A DNA stretch of 64,000 bases, from the IMG/VR virus record IMGVR_UViG_3300032226_000829. One strand, given 5' to 3'. Below are positions 19,801 through 28,543 of this stretch, piece after piece. Below the pieces are notes generated by a model. That model made no database searches. It was not told where the DNA came from and saw only the letters and a list, made by a program, of their open reading frames with translations. The DNA is from a virus. Lineage: Duplodnaviria; Caudoviricetes. Every line of letters begins with the position of its first letter. Position 1 is the stretch's first letter. The position numbers and the translations under genes were made by a program.

Positions 19801-20386
19801 CAGCACATTGGCTGGCGCAGGCAAGATCAGTATTGTGTTGGCAGGAGCAGTGCCATTCATATTTGCAGGTGATGCAGACGATTCCACTATCACCACACCA
19901 GGAGTTTATCCTGACGCAACTGACACATACACCATTGGTAATGCTTCGGCCAGATACAAAACAATTTTTGCTGAAGTGTTCCACGGCACAGCAACCAACG
20001 CATTGTACGCAGATTTGGCAGAGAAATATTTGGCAGACCAGGAATATGATTCGGGCACTGTGTTGCAGTTTGGTGGTGACAAAGAAGTTACCATCACCAC
20101 AGAAGCCAACACCAACAAGATAGCAGGTGTGGTGACCACAGCACCAGCATTTTTGATGAATGATCAATTGAATGAAGAGAACACAGTGGCAGTGGCACTG
20201 CAGGGTCGTGTGCCATGCAAGGTGATTGGAAAAATTGCCAAAGGTGACATGCTGGTGGCCAGTGCAATGTCAGGTGTGGCCTGTGCAGCTGAAGGTGAAA
20301 TTAAAATAGGCACAGTGATTGGTAAATCGCTGGAGCATTATGATTCAGATCAAGTGGGTGTGATTGAGATTGCGATAGGTAGATAA
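13829..20386 (+). CDS. Giant tail/baseplate fibre-type structural protein (2185 aa)
   Basis: N-terminus KQNINIG..GNDGTGDSIRDAFRKANENFTELY resembles T4 gp9/gp10; DAANKAYVD / AATKFYVD fibre repeats; C-terminal ADLAEKY...GVVT..PAFLMN...VALQGRVPCKV chaperone-like domain. Confidence 0.8.
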   Translation: MAKQNINIGVEGNDGTGDSIRDAFRKANENFTELYAVFGQGGQIAFTSLSDTPDTLGIFKLPISNSTGTELEMRSLSGGVGISVSLATAGQIVISNTGSELVDDLSPSLGGPLNANGFAVGNAEVTSQAVSNFNSTHGTNITIDELLITKGYADQRYIKLGGGASGAAGQIRVRSEPVDATAYTKTISSYSAGNAVVTAHGFDSSVNGLEVIYNTTGSAASGLVNGSTYYIRYVNDNQLSFHASFAQATNNDDVTRIKITVAGGTGTQTFTDAAYDDTLAGFFLSDEAMPRESIVRRQGDTMTGALYLHDHPGDLSGLGAPNGTDDLQAATKFYVDNTSYASESNLFVSTRGDDRMDGVPPDKVGRSFSYAYKSINAACVKAEEIMLATPVELGPYTQTITYDDGASDSIVVTEGVTSGSGYNNVKLLIDANRTFIIKQMIGFVNATYPNFTYDELICERDLGYILDGIVIDVLADLNSNVRSIQAGIRYYSNVSAAKAINQQLTETLAGINYAKSITNTVLQNNAVTPIYNAGFTQTFDAPSTVNSTGRSSVGAKFDIITNIIQNGISSAPPEVEGSTYTMTISNGGFGNVDQNDPSNQDLIPGKLIRGKTTGAIGRIVSVAAGGAADTVQVILIEPLEFLVGEGLEFASQFKRNNITIRVESGTYLEDFPIRVPDGVSIKGDEFRRVIIRPKNRISQSQFANTYFYRDLVIDGLTVTTTNFGRHYLVNPTAVVNTGVNYTNVGGYDTQALTILNAKPAIQNAVVSYVNSLLSPSSLNAANEARNRRETGTIVDAIFSDLKTGGNEKILEVQGNFYNSGLIAQEQAGISYIATYINASVIASASATIKNIVTAQMARVVYAFNGSYNPPKHNRNMDMFLMGEATILRNISSQGQGGFMCVFDPASQILNKSPYIQTASSFSASINTQAFRGGMFVDGSCGNIPINITNVVNPFELDVDSNAGQGLFIRKPLTPTAFYIDGVRYQVDAIKNYDGPAGTATLLLNASSNGGSGFVITSPIPYTTILQTAGNRSMLANDFTQVNDLGYGLLVTNGALSEQVSTFTYYCHAAYMALNGGQIRSLNGSNANGVYGLVAQGSDPLEVPDDVDLVRNMAQVAKVYDDGATYDHPLLALSIYVYDLEYVPHNRSEIEIDHDPLDSSVTLGIQRYEVASVELVSPPITVTGPSVTRNGTVYKLNLSTAGTDNASTTGLKAVLSNQQNVTIRASQSHQFSNVGNVSPTRPSTALVFYDDTTDVVYRTTAFNTTNAVGTALPSNNVIASFDTTFDSVRLQIRPASAVLTTYAGTGTTMGATAGDVVLAIEQITEAVDITRLNTGNMSFGWAGKTHRVTGYVDRGTYATVSIVDISNINTSGPAAGIQETLVRGAGTENIVLRCGLLAGANADITVKISTCRATGHDFLDIGTGSFNNSNYPNNIFGDPTALPAQENEVDERGKGRVFYVSTDQDGVFRVGRFFTVDQGTGSVTFSASIALSNLDGLGFKRGVVASEFSTDSAMTDNASDTIPTESAVRGYVDRRLHYTQGSSLVGNPIGPGAIARDGTTSFTADISAGGFKLITLGAPTSSQDAANKAYVDQTLYASDQVENLRNVDIAGFAANQILVFNGRLRIFTTPETGGLFAVGNTITGSSTGTVATIVDYESVVLPGALNARRITFASVSGPGFSTLDSISTGGGVSAQIIDGPMNELANGVMSGSTDISITATRSTAQTDLNLQIVAGSIINADVNAAAAIQQSKLAMTAATTRVNATGISQADLGLASFDSSTFTVTNGWVQIDSGDLAISKIENMATDTVIGRSAAGTGAPSAIAFSTVISDGGGLEDGDFATELLAALDPGEALIKTGATSYARTNVSTSGEVNSIIKSDATGIVDVAALKLDGQLLIDSNTGTNTSLFYTRGSVNFLQAVGNTTANTTLTFTGRKFQFGGSTVPNSPTADALQSAALNEGRGIATPHLFTKFIETDSVESGGTGIALGAGGSTLAGAGKISIVLAGAVPFIFAGDADDSTITTPGVYPDATDTYTIGNASARYKTIFAEVFHGTATNALYADLAEKYLADQEYDSGTVLQFGGDKEVTITTEANTNKIAGVVTTAPAFLMNDQLNEENTVAVALQGRVPCKVIGKIAKGDMLVASAMSGVACAAEGEIKIGTVIGKSLEHYDSDQVGVIEIAIGR

Positions 20387-20387
20387 C

Positions 20388-20639
20388 ATGGCCAAACAAA
20401 CAGTGAACATAGGCACATCTGCGAACAAGGGCAATGGTGATCCTTTACGCACAGCGTTCACAAAAATCAATCAAAACTTTACAGAATTGTACGTGCAAGA
20501 TGTTCCAGCTACCAGTGCTGGAAAAACAGGTGACGTTAAAGGTATGCTAGCTGTTGACACATCTTATCTTTACGTGTGTTTTAAAAATTATGACGGCGCC
20601 GGAGCAATTTGGAAACGTATTGCTCTAGCAAGTTTTTAA
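20388..20639 (+). CDS. Small baseplate/fibre-associated protein
   Basis: Same gp9/gp10-like N-terminal motif; C-terminal GMLAVDTSYLYVC...WKRIAL. Confidence 0.7.
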   Translation: MAKQTVNIGTSANKGNGDPLRTAFTKINQNFTELYVQDVPATSAGKTGDVKGMLAVDTSYLYVCFKNYDGAGAIWKRIALASF

Positions 20640-20652
20640 CAAAGGATAAATT

Positions 20653-22749
20653 ATGGCAAATAGAATACCACTCATAGTAGACACCGGAGACGGCAACAAG
20701 ATCAAAGAGTTGCCCATAGGTGATAATTTAGATCTCACAGGCTCAGGCATCAGTGGTGCCAGCAGCATTCAAGCCAATTCTATGGCCACCACCACTGGCA
20801 GCATTGGCACACTCACTAGCAATAATATCACTGTGAACACCACAGCTGATTTGGGCAATGTGTCAGGTCTCACCATAGAAGGCGGCACAGTGGGTCAGGT
20901 GTTGACCACAGATGGCACCGGAGTACTCAGCTGGAGCACATTGGGCAACTACGATCAAAGTCTCAACACCACTGACAATGTACAATTTAATTTTATCAAT
21001 GCTAGAAGATTGGAAGCACCCATCAATGTCACTGCTGAGATACGCACCAGCAGCACAGGCAGTGGTGTAAAAACTTGGCAATTCAGCAGCGTGGGCAATT
21101 TAACTCTGCCAGCAGGTGGTGACATACGCAACAGCGATGGAAATTCCATCATAGGTTACACCAGTATTCAATCAGATGTGTTGGCAGACACCAACAACAC
21201 CAGAGACATAGGATCCAGTGCAGTAAAATGGGCTGAAGGACATTTCACCAATCTATACGGCACACTCACAGGCAATGTGGTGGGCAATGTCACTGGCAAT
21301 GTCACAGGCAATTTAACAGGCACAGCAGATGTGGCCACCACAGTGGCACTGACAGCCACCAACACCACCAATGCCACTCATTTTCCCATTTTTGTGGACT
21401 CTGCCACTGGCAATGAATCCATCAGAACCGACACAGGTTATACCTACAATCCCAGCACAGGAGTGATCAGCAGCACTGGTGTGTCAGTCACAGATGCCAC
21501 AGTGTCCGGCACTGCCTACAGTTTCAATATCAGTTCCACAGGCACTGCCAACCTGACCACAGTGAATGTGGGCAACACACTGTCAGTCACTGCAGGTATA
21601 GAAGGAGATCTCACAGGTTCTGTGTATTCAGACAATTCCACACAGATGATCAATGGTGTCACTGGCAAAGTGGTAGGACCCATAGAAGTCAACATTGCCA
21701 ACATCAGCATCACAGGAGGCACGCCCAACCAAGTGATCAAAACCAATGGTTCGGGAGTTTTGAGTTTTGTGGATCAAATAGGTGGTGGAGGTGGAGGTGG
21801 ACCAGTGGCATTGGATGATCTCACAGATGTCACTATCACTTCAGCAGCCAATGGACAGATTTTAAAATACAATGGAGCAGCCTGGGTCAACAGTGTGGTG
21901 CCCATCAATACTTTTGGCATCATTGCCACCACAGGATCAGCAGTGACCATCACTCCCGCAACCTTGGATGACACATTCACTTTCACAGCAGGCACAGGCA
22001 TCAGCATCGCACCCACTGCATTGAGCAAGACTTTGACCATCACCAACTCTGCTCCCAATGTGACACAAAATGTATTCACCACCATAGCAGTGGCAGGACA
22101 ATCATCAGTGGTGGCAGACACCAGCACAGACACATTAACATTGGTGGCTGGCAACAATGTGACCATTACCACCAGTGACAGCACAGACACTGTGACCATC
22201 AATGCCACTCATCCCAACACATTCACCAACATAGCAGTGGCAGGACAGAATTCACTGCTGGCAGACAATGTGAATGACACTCTGACAATCACAGCTGGTT
22301 CAGGCATCACTATCACCACCAGTGACAGCACAGACACCATCACCATTGCTGCCACAGCAGTGAGTGGATTGGAGAGCAGAAGCACAGCCGCAGGCACCAC
22401 CAGTTCATTGGCCAACACAGCTTCAGCGGATTTAAACATCACAGGATTCAAAGGATATGCTCTTTTAAAAATTCAAACATCAGTGGCTGCCTGGGTGAGA
22501 TTGTATACTGATGCTGCTAGTCGTTCCTCAGATTCAAGCAGACTGGAGACTGTGGATCCCACAGCAGGATCAGGAGTAATTGCAGAAGTGATCACCACAG
22601 GTGGACAGACCATACTGATGTCACCAGGAGTGTTAGGATTCAATAATGAAACATCACCCACAACCACCATCCCTGTGAGAGTGACCAACAAAAGTGGCAG
22701 CACTGCTGCTATCACAGTGACATTGACCTTGATAAAATTGGAGGCATAA
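20653..22749 (+). CDS. Tail fibre-like protein with internal repeats
   Basis: T/G/S-rich; GTVGQVLTTDGTG and GTPNQVIKTNGSG repeats; GNV(V/T) x4; LDDLTDV motif. Confidence 0.75.
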   Translation: MANRIPLIVDTGDGNKIKELPIGDNLDLTGSGISGASSIQANSMATTTGSIGTLTSNNITVNTTADLGNVSGLTIEGGTVGQVLTTDGTGVLSWSTLGNYDQSLNTTDNVQFNFINARRLEAPINVTAEIRTSSTGSGVKTWQFSSVGNLTLPAGGDIRNSDGNSIIGYTSIQSDVLADTNNTRDIGSSAVKWAEGHFTNLYGTLTGNVVGNVTGNVTGNLTGTADVATTVALTATNTTNATHFPIFVDSATGNESIRTDTGYTYNPSTGVISSTGVSVTDATVSGTAYSFNISSTGTANLTTVNVGNTLSVTAGIEGDLTGSVYSDNSTQMINGVTGKVVGPIEVNIANISITGGTPNQVIKTNGSGVLSFVDQIGGGGGGGPVALDDLTDVTITSAANGQILKYNGAAWVNSVVPINTFGIIATTGSAVTITPATLDDTFTFTAGTGISIAPTALSKTLTITNSAPNVTQNVFTTIAVAGQSSVVADTSTDTLTLVAGNNVTITTSDSTDTVTINATHPNTFTNIAVAGQNSLLADNVNDTLTITAGSGITITTSDSTDTITIAATAVSGLESRSTAAGTTSSLANTASADLNITGFKGYALLKIQTSVAAWVRLYTDAASRSSDSSRLETVDPTAGSGVIAEVITTGGQTILMSPGVLGFNNETSPTTTIPVRVTNKSGSTAAITVTLTLIKLEA
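21904..22360 (+). repeat. Three tandem ~50-aa beta repeats in the fibre (approximate ends)
   Basis: FTTIAVAGQSSVVAD..TDTLTLVAG..VTITTSDSTDTVTI / FTNIAVAGQNSLLAD..NDTLTITAG..ITITTSDSTDTITI, plus a more divergent first copy. Confidence 0.75.
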
Positions 22750-22750
22750 C

Positions 22751-24403
22751 ATGTCAGACATGAAAGAATATGTGGTCACTGTGCGTAACCGTTCAGACAT
22801 AGACAGTTTCTATGATGACATGGAGAGCGTGGGCGGAGATCTACACATTCCCAATCGCAGAGTGGAAATAACAGCACTAAGAGAGATTAGTAGAAGTACA
22901 GATTATCTTTTAACTGATCAAGAAGCAGAATTATTACGTAAAGATCCTAGAATACTAGATGTTTTATTAAAAGAATCTATTAAGACTGCTAAACCTAGTT
23001 TTACACAAACAGGAAATTTTGATAAATCTAGTGTTAATAATAATACGCATATAAATTGGGCTTTATTAAGATGTGAAGAAGGAGTACAAAGATCAAATTG
23101 GGGAGGTTCTGGTTGGTCAGGTAATCAGATAGTTGGAAATACAAATCAATCAGCAACTGTTTCTATCACAGGACAAGGAGCACATGTTGACGTAGTAATT
23201 GTGGATGGACATCTAAATCCTAATCATCCAGAATTTGCTGTCAATGCAGATGGTACAGGTGGCAGTAGAGTAATACAGTATAATTGGTTTCAACATAACC
23301 CTTCAGTGACATTTGGCTCTGTTGGAAATTATCTTTATACTGTGGGAGTAAGTGGTACACAGTTAAGTGATGACAATCACGGCATGCACGTGGCTGGCAC
23401 CGTGGCTGGCAACACTCAAGGTTGGGCTAGAAAAGCCAATATTTACAATATTAATCCATATGGTACTAATCCTAATGGTAATATAGTTTCTTACATAGTG
23501 GATTATATTAGACAATTTCATCTTAATAAATCAATTAACCCTGTCACCGGTCGTAAAAATCCCACAATAGTCAATAACAGTTGGGCATTTATTGGTGCCT
23601 CTTATCTACCTAATCAAATTAGTTCTGTTACATATAGAGGAACCACATATAATGGTCCTTTCAATTTAAACACATTGAAGAATTCCTATGGAATTCTTAA
23701 TGATGGAACATATGCTTACACTCCTGGTGTGATTTATAGTTTCATAAACGCTGAAATAGAAGATGCTATTGATGATGGTATAATAATTGTAGCAGCAGCA
23801 GGAAATGAATATTATAAAGTTGATGCTTACGGTGGATCTGATTATAATAATTTTATGACGGCTAATGGCTTTATAGAATATTATCACAGAGGAAGTCATC
23901 CTGGATCTGCTTACAGATCTGACAACACAAGAACTACAATAACCGTTGGTGCTTTAGATGCTACTGTGAACGAATACAAAACGGAATTTAGTAATTGTGG
24001 AGCAAGAATAGATGTTTATGCTCCTGGGGCTTTTATTATGAGCAGTGTACATACTGGTGGAACAACTGATTCTAGAAATAATGTCTATAGATTAGAAAAA
24101 TACAGTGGAACTAGCATGGCTAGTCCGCAAGTAACAGGAGTTTTAGCCTGTGCATTAGAAAAATTTCCAAATATGTCTAATGATGAAGCGTTAAATTATT
24201 TAAGTGCTTATAGCAAATTAAATCAGGTAGCTGACACAGGTGGAGGATATGGTGATTATAGGTCATTACAAGGGTCAACAAATAGATATTTGTTTTTTAA
24301 AAAAGAAAGACCTTTGTTAGGCGATATATCACTTAATACATTCAAAACCAGGCAATCCACAGGTGCTGCTTACCCAAGAACACGGATCAGAAGATTTGGT
24401 TAA
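22751..24403 (+). CDS. Subtilisin-like S8 serine protease in the tail module
   Basis: VVIVDG (Asp), HGMHVAGTVAG (His), AAAGN (oxyanion Asn), SGTSMASPQVTG (Ser). Confidence 0.92.
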   Translation: MSDMKEYVVTVRNRSDIDSFYDDMESVGGDLHIPNRRVEITALREISRSTDYLLTDQEAELLRKDPRILDVLLKESIKTAKPSFTQTGNFDKSSVNNNTHINWALLRCEEGVQRSNWGGSGWSGNQIVGNTNQSATVSITGQGAHVDVVIVDGHLNPNHPEFAVNADGTGGSRVIQYNWFQHNPSVTFGSVGNYLYTVGVSGTQLSDDNHGMHVAGTVAGNTQGWARKANIYNINPYGTNPNGNIVSYIVDYIRQFHLNKSINPVTGRKNPTIVNNSWAFIGASYLPNQISSVTYRGTTYNGPFNLNTLKNSYGILNDGTYAYTPGVIYSFINAEIEDAIDDGIIIVAAAGNEYYKVDAYGGSDYNNFMTANGFIEYYHRGSHPGSAYRSDNTRTTITVGALDATVNEYKTEFSNCGARIDVYAPGAFIMSSVHTGGTTDSRNNVYRLEKYSGTSMASPQVTGVLACALEKFPNMSNDEALNYLSAYSKLNQVADTGGGYGDYRSLQGSTNRYLFFKKERPLLGDISLNTFKTRQSTGAAYPRTRIRRFG

Positions 24404-24427
24404 AAACACAGAAAGATAAATACTGAT

Positions 24428-25129
24428 ATGCCCATAAGCAACATAAACATAGGAACCATTGCCAATGACGGCACAGGTGATGATTTACGCGAAGCGTTTA
24501 TCAAAGTCAATAATAATTTTGCTGAACTCAACGCAAGAGATCCTGAATCAACCACAGTCAGCAACAGACTCACTGACACCAACTCTATTAAAGGGTTATT
24601 TTATCAAAAATCAGGTGTGGATCTACAATTCAAAAGTTTAGAAGCAGGCAGTAACATATCATTCACCAGCAACAATGACAAAATCACCATCACTTCATCA
24701 GGAGTGGTGAGCATATTGGTGTTTGGTGACACAGGTCCTCATTTGACCATCAACAGCGTGGGCATGTTGGAAGTGTTTGGCACCGGTGGTGCTGCCACAA
24801 GAACTCTCAGCAATGGAACCACTTTAGAAATAGAATCTTTGTTGGCCAATGAAAGTAATCCCACACTCAGTGCCACTCTTACAGGTGCTGGCAATGACAT
24901 AGTGGGCATTGACAACATTCAAGCTGCCAATGTGGATGCATTGGTGTATGATATTGATGTGAGTGATAGAAATTCATTCATTGGTTTTGACATGGGTGAG
25001 ATTCAATTGGATGCTGCCAACAATGAGAACATCACCAACTTATTGGATCTTTATTTCAGCCAAAATCCAGTGGACATGGGCACCATTGCATCTCCCAACG
25101 CCACTGTGTTTGACTTCGGCGCTATATAA
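24428..25129 (+). CDS. Baseplate/fibre protein with gp9/gp10-like N-terminus
   Basis: NINIGTIANDGTGDDLREAFIKVNNNFAEL; late promoter at 24416. Confidence 0.7.
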   Translation: MPISNINIGTIANDGTGDDLREAFIKVNNNFAELNARDPESTTVSNRLTDTNSIKGLFYQKSGVDLQFKSLEAGSNISFTSNNDKITITSSGVVSILVFGDTGPHLTINSVGMLEVFGTGGAATRTLSNGTTLEIESLLANESNPTLSATLTGAGNDIVGIDNIQAANVDALVYDIDVSDRNSFIGFDMGEIQLDAANNENITNLLDLYFSQNPVDMGTIASPNATVFDFGAI

Positions 25130-25150
25130 TTCTCTCGATAAATACAACAT

Positions 25151-27670
25151 ATGAGCAACTTGTGGACACAGCCAACCGGATATTCATTGGGCACTATTGC
25201 TGAAAGAACTGTAACCACCATCAGTTTGCCAGTGAACACAGTGGATTCCATACTTGTGATAGCAGGCACTTTGCCTGGTGGTTTGAGACTGCAGGGCACT
25301 GCTATTGTGGGCACCACAGTGGAGGTTGCTAGAACCACACAATCAAGATTTGTGCTGCGAGCTCGATTGGGCAACGATATTCAAGATAGAACCTACAGTA
25401 TCACAGTGGCAGGACCAGATGATCCTGTTTGGATCACTCCATCAGGTCAATTGCCTGTGGGTGTAAACAATGCATTATTTGTGTTGGACAGTGCTTACAT
25501 AGATTATCAATTGGAAGCCACTGATACAGATCTTTCAGCTGGTGATGAATTGGAATATTATATTGCCAGAGGTGATGGAGAATTACCACCAGGCATCACA
25601 CTCACCAAAACAGGCAGATTGACCGGAGTGATAGATCCTGTGTTGGCTTTGGACATAGCAGCCAGCAGTGGTCATTATGATGTCAATACTTTCAGTGCAT
25701 TTCCTTATGATTTTGGATTGAGAAGTGCCAGTGGATTTGAAAGTTTTTATTATGACGTGGAATTTTATGATTATGCCATAAGCACCAAATCACCCAAAAA
25801 ATTAAATCGTTATTATGAATTCACAGTGAGTGTGAGTGATGGTGACAGTGTAGTCAAACGCACTTTTAGAATATTTGTGGTGGGAGATGATTTTTTACGA
25901 GCAGACAACACCATATTACAAGTGGGTGGCGGAACATTCACTTCAGATGGCACTTATATCAGAACTCCACAGTGGCTCACTCCAAGAGATTTGGGCTACA
26001 GAAGAGCCAACAATTATGTCACACTGTATCTAGAACTGTATGACCCCAACACCATCACAGGTTATGTGGCCTACACACTGAGACCCACCAATGATGACGC
26101 CACAGTGAGCACACTGCCTCCAGGTTGCACATTGGACAGCACTTCAGGTGAAGTGGCAGGTCGAGTGCCTTATCAACCAGCAGTGACCAAAGAATATAAA
26201 TTCACTGTGAGAGCCACAAGATTTGGAGCCAACAATGAAAGTCTAGCCATCAAAGACAAAACATTTGTGGTGAAAGTACTGGGAGAAGTGGACAGTGTGA
26301 TCAATTGGAACACTGACAGTGATTTGGGCAGTATCAATGCCAACTTTGTGAGCACTCTATTCATTGCAGCCACTACCACAGTACCCAACGCTCAATTGAG
26401 ATATGTGATCACTGCAGGTGCGTTGCCCAACGGATTAACATTGGCATTGGACGGAGAAATATTAGGCAAAGTGAGACAGTTTCCTTTGAATGGATTATTG
26501 GGACTCACCACATTTGACAACAGAGATTTAACTTTGGACAACAATCAAACCAGCGTGGACAGAACTTTTGTGTTCACAGTGGAAGCCAGAGATCAATTTG
26601 GATACAGTGCTACCACAAGAACTTTCACGTTAAAGGTGATAGCTGCCAGTGATTTATTATACAGCAATCTTTATGTGAGACCTTTTTTAAAAATTGATCA
26701 AAGAAATTCTTATCTAGCATTGATAGGAGATCCAGAAATTTTTAAACCCAGTTCCATATATAGACCCAATGACGAACTGTTTGGCATACAAAAACAATTA
26801 AAAATGTTGGTGTATGCTGGTATTGAAACCAAGACCATTAATTATTACGTGGCTGCCACAGCAAAAAATCATCGCAGAAAAAGATATCAGTTGGGCTCAG
26901 TGAAGACAGCAGAAGCCAAGGAACCCGGCACCAACACAGTGCTGTATGAAGTGGTGTATGTGGAAATTGTGGATCCCCTAGATGATGCGTCACAACAGGT
27001 GGCCAGCAAGATCAAGATCAAAAACAACAACATCATAACCATCAGTCAAACTGAAATTGAAGTGTTGGATGATGTGACCAAATTAAACGTGGGTGGCAAC
27101 ACCTACACATTGTACGCCAACAATAATCTGCCCATTGCTGTGGGCACCATAGGCAACAATCTGCAGATCTATGCCCGAACAGGCAGTCTTATTTTAAACA
27201 CAGTGACTGGCATATTGAGTGTGACTCTACAGAATGGCACAGTATTGAATGTGGGCACAGTGGTGAATAATCCCACAGACGCATTTAGATTCAGACCCAA
27301 TCACAGTGTGATCAGAGTGGACAGCAACATATTAAACATTGCCAATCCCAATGACATCGAAAGATATGTGAGCAATACCACCAACATGCGTGCCAATCTT
27401 AAATTGATAGGTGAAACAGAATCAGAGTTTTTGCCCTTATGGATGCGTACAGCACAGAAAGAACAAACACAGCCATTGGGATATATCACAGCAGTGCCAT
27501 TGTGTTATTGCAAACCAGGCACCAGTGCTGCCATTGTGACAGCATTAAAGAACAATGATTTTGATTTTAAACAGATAGATTTCGAAATAGACAGATACAT
27601 CATAGACAGCACCACTGAAAGCGGCACAGAACAGTATGTTATGTTCCCCAATTATCAATATAACATTTAA
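25151..27670 (+). CDS. Probable baseplate wedge protein with Ig-like (He_PIG-type) repeats
   Basis: Repeated G.LP.GL.L....G.I.G...F.V.A.D units; late promoter at 25138. Confidence 0.7.
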   Translation: MSNLWTQPTGYSLGTIAERTVTTISLPVNTVDSILVIAGTLPGGLRLQGTAIVGTTVEVARTTQSRFVLRARLGNDIQDRTYSITVAGPDDPVWITPSGQLPVGVNNALFVLDSAYIDYQLEATDTDLSAGDELEYYIARGDGELPPGITLTKTGRLTGVIDPVLALDIAASSGHYDVNTFSAFPYDFGLRSASGFESFYYDVEFYDYAISTKSPKKLNRYYEFTVSVSDGDSVVKRTFRIFVVGDDFLRADNTILQVGGGTFTSDGTYIRTPQWLTPRDLGYRRANNYVTLYLELYDPNTITGYVAYTLRPTNDDATVSTLPPGCTLDSTSGEVAGRVPYQPAVTKEYKFTVRATRFGANNESLAIKDKTFVVKVLGEVDSVINWNTDSDLGSINANFVSTLFIAATTTVPNAQLRYVITAGALPNGLTLALDGEILGKVRQFPLNGLLGLTTFDNRDLTLDNNQTSVDRTFVFTVEARDQFGYSATTRTFTLKVIAASDLLYSNLYVRPFLKIDQRNSYLALIGDPEIFKPSSIYRPNDELFGIQKQLKMLVYAGIETKTINYYVAATAKNHRRKRYQLGSVKTAEAKEPGTNTVLYEVVYVEIVDPLDDASQQVASKIKIKNNNIITISQTEIEVLDDVTKLNVGGNTYTLYANNNLPIAVGTIGNNLQIYARTGSLILNTVTGILSVTLQNGTVLNVGTVVNNPTDAFRFRPNHSVIRVDSNILNIANPNDIERYVSNTTNMRANLKLIGETESEFLPLWMRTAQKEQTQPLGYITAVPLCYCKPGTSAAIVTALKNNDFDFKQIDFEIDRYIIDSTTESGTEQYVMFPNYQYNI

Positions 27671-27715
27671 AGCATGAAGCAAACAGATAAATAAGTACAA
27701 ACAGTAAGGAAAAAT

Positions 27716-28279
27716 ATGCCCAGCAACATCAACACAACCAGCATTGATCAGACATACCCTGTGGCAGGGCAGGACAACAACAGCCAAGGATTTAGAGATA
27801 ATTTTACCACTATCAAAAGTAATTTTGTCACAGCCAAAGCAGAAATAGAAACATTACAAACCAATACTGCCAAACTGAATGCTGCCAATAATTTTGGCAA
27901 CAACAGCATCACAGGTGCTAAATTTATCAACAACACCACCACAGTGTACAGTGCAGGCACCATAACCACTCCACAAAATATCAGCATAGAGAATGGAAAT
28001 TTTCAAACATTCATCGTGGGAGCAAATTTAACACTGACTTTCACTGATTGGCCCACAGTAACCAATGGCTTGTCCAGCATCATTGTGGAATTAAAAAGTG
28101 ATAGCACACTGAGAACTGTGGTATGGAGCACAGAGAACGCAGGATTGATCTACAAAGACTCAGATTTCCCCACACCATTCACAGTGCCTGCCAATCAAAA
28201 TCCTCTGTATGTGGAATTTTGGACCTACAATCAGGGCGCCACAGTGTTTGGCAAATACTTGGGTTCATTCAGCAACTAA
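27716..28279 (+). CDS. Probable structural protein
   Basis: YPVAGQDNNSQGFRDNFTTIK; late promoter at 27687. Confidence 0.6.
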   Translation: MPSNINTTSIDQTYPVAGQDNNSQGFRDNFTTIKSNFVTAKAEIETLQTNTAKLNAANNFGNNSITGAKFINNTTTVYSAGTITTPQNISIENGNFQTFIVGANLTLTFTDWPTVTNGLSSIIVELKSDSTLRTVVWSTENAGLIYKDSDFPTPFTVPANQNPLYVEFWTYNQGATVFGKYLGSFSN

Positions 28280-28288
28280 TTCACTGTC

Positions 28289-28522
28289 ATGTTTCATCCA
28301 CTCAGCGAGGATCTTAATCAGTACAGCATCAGTCAATTGGAATCCAAACTATCGGATTTACGTACCAAATATTTTCAAAGCCGCAATCCACAACTGCGTC
28401 AACAGATTGGTGTGTTTGTAGAAGTGTACAATCAAGAGCTCAAACAAAGATTGGCTGCAGAACAATTGAAAATGGCAAAAGATACCGGAAAAGATCTTGA
28501 CAATCTCATCAATATCGATTAA
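28289..28522 (+). CDS. Small helical hypothetical protein
   Basis: 77-aa ORF. Confidence 0.6.
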   Translation: MFHPLSEDLNQYSISQLESKLSDLRTKYFQSRNPQLRQQIGVFVEVYNQELKQRLAAEQLKMAKDTGKDLDNLINID

Positions 28523-28543
28523 TATACAGCATAATATTACATT

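Noticed and set aside
21259-22360. Periodic repeats as a possible CRISPR array or DGR target
   Set aside because: They are degenerate in-frame protein repeats with no spacers, and no reverse transcriptase or adenine-specific TR/VR pair was seen.
14543-22715. Numerous minus-strand ORFs opposite the fibre genes
   Set aside because: Antisense shadows produced by the biased Thr/Gly/Val codons; no RBS or motifs.
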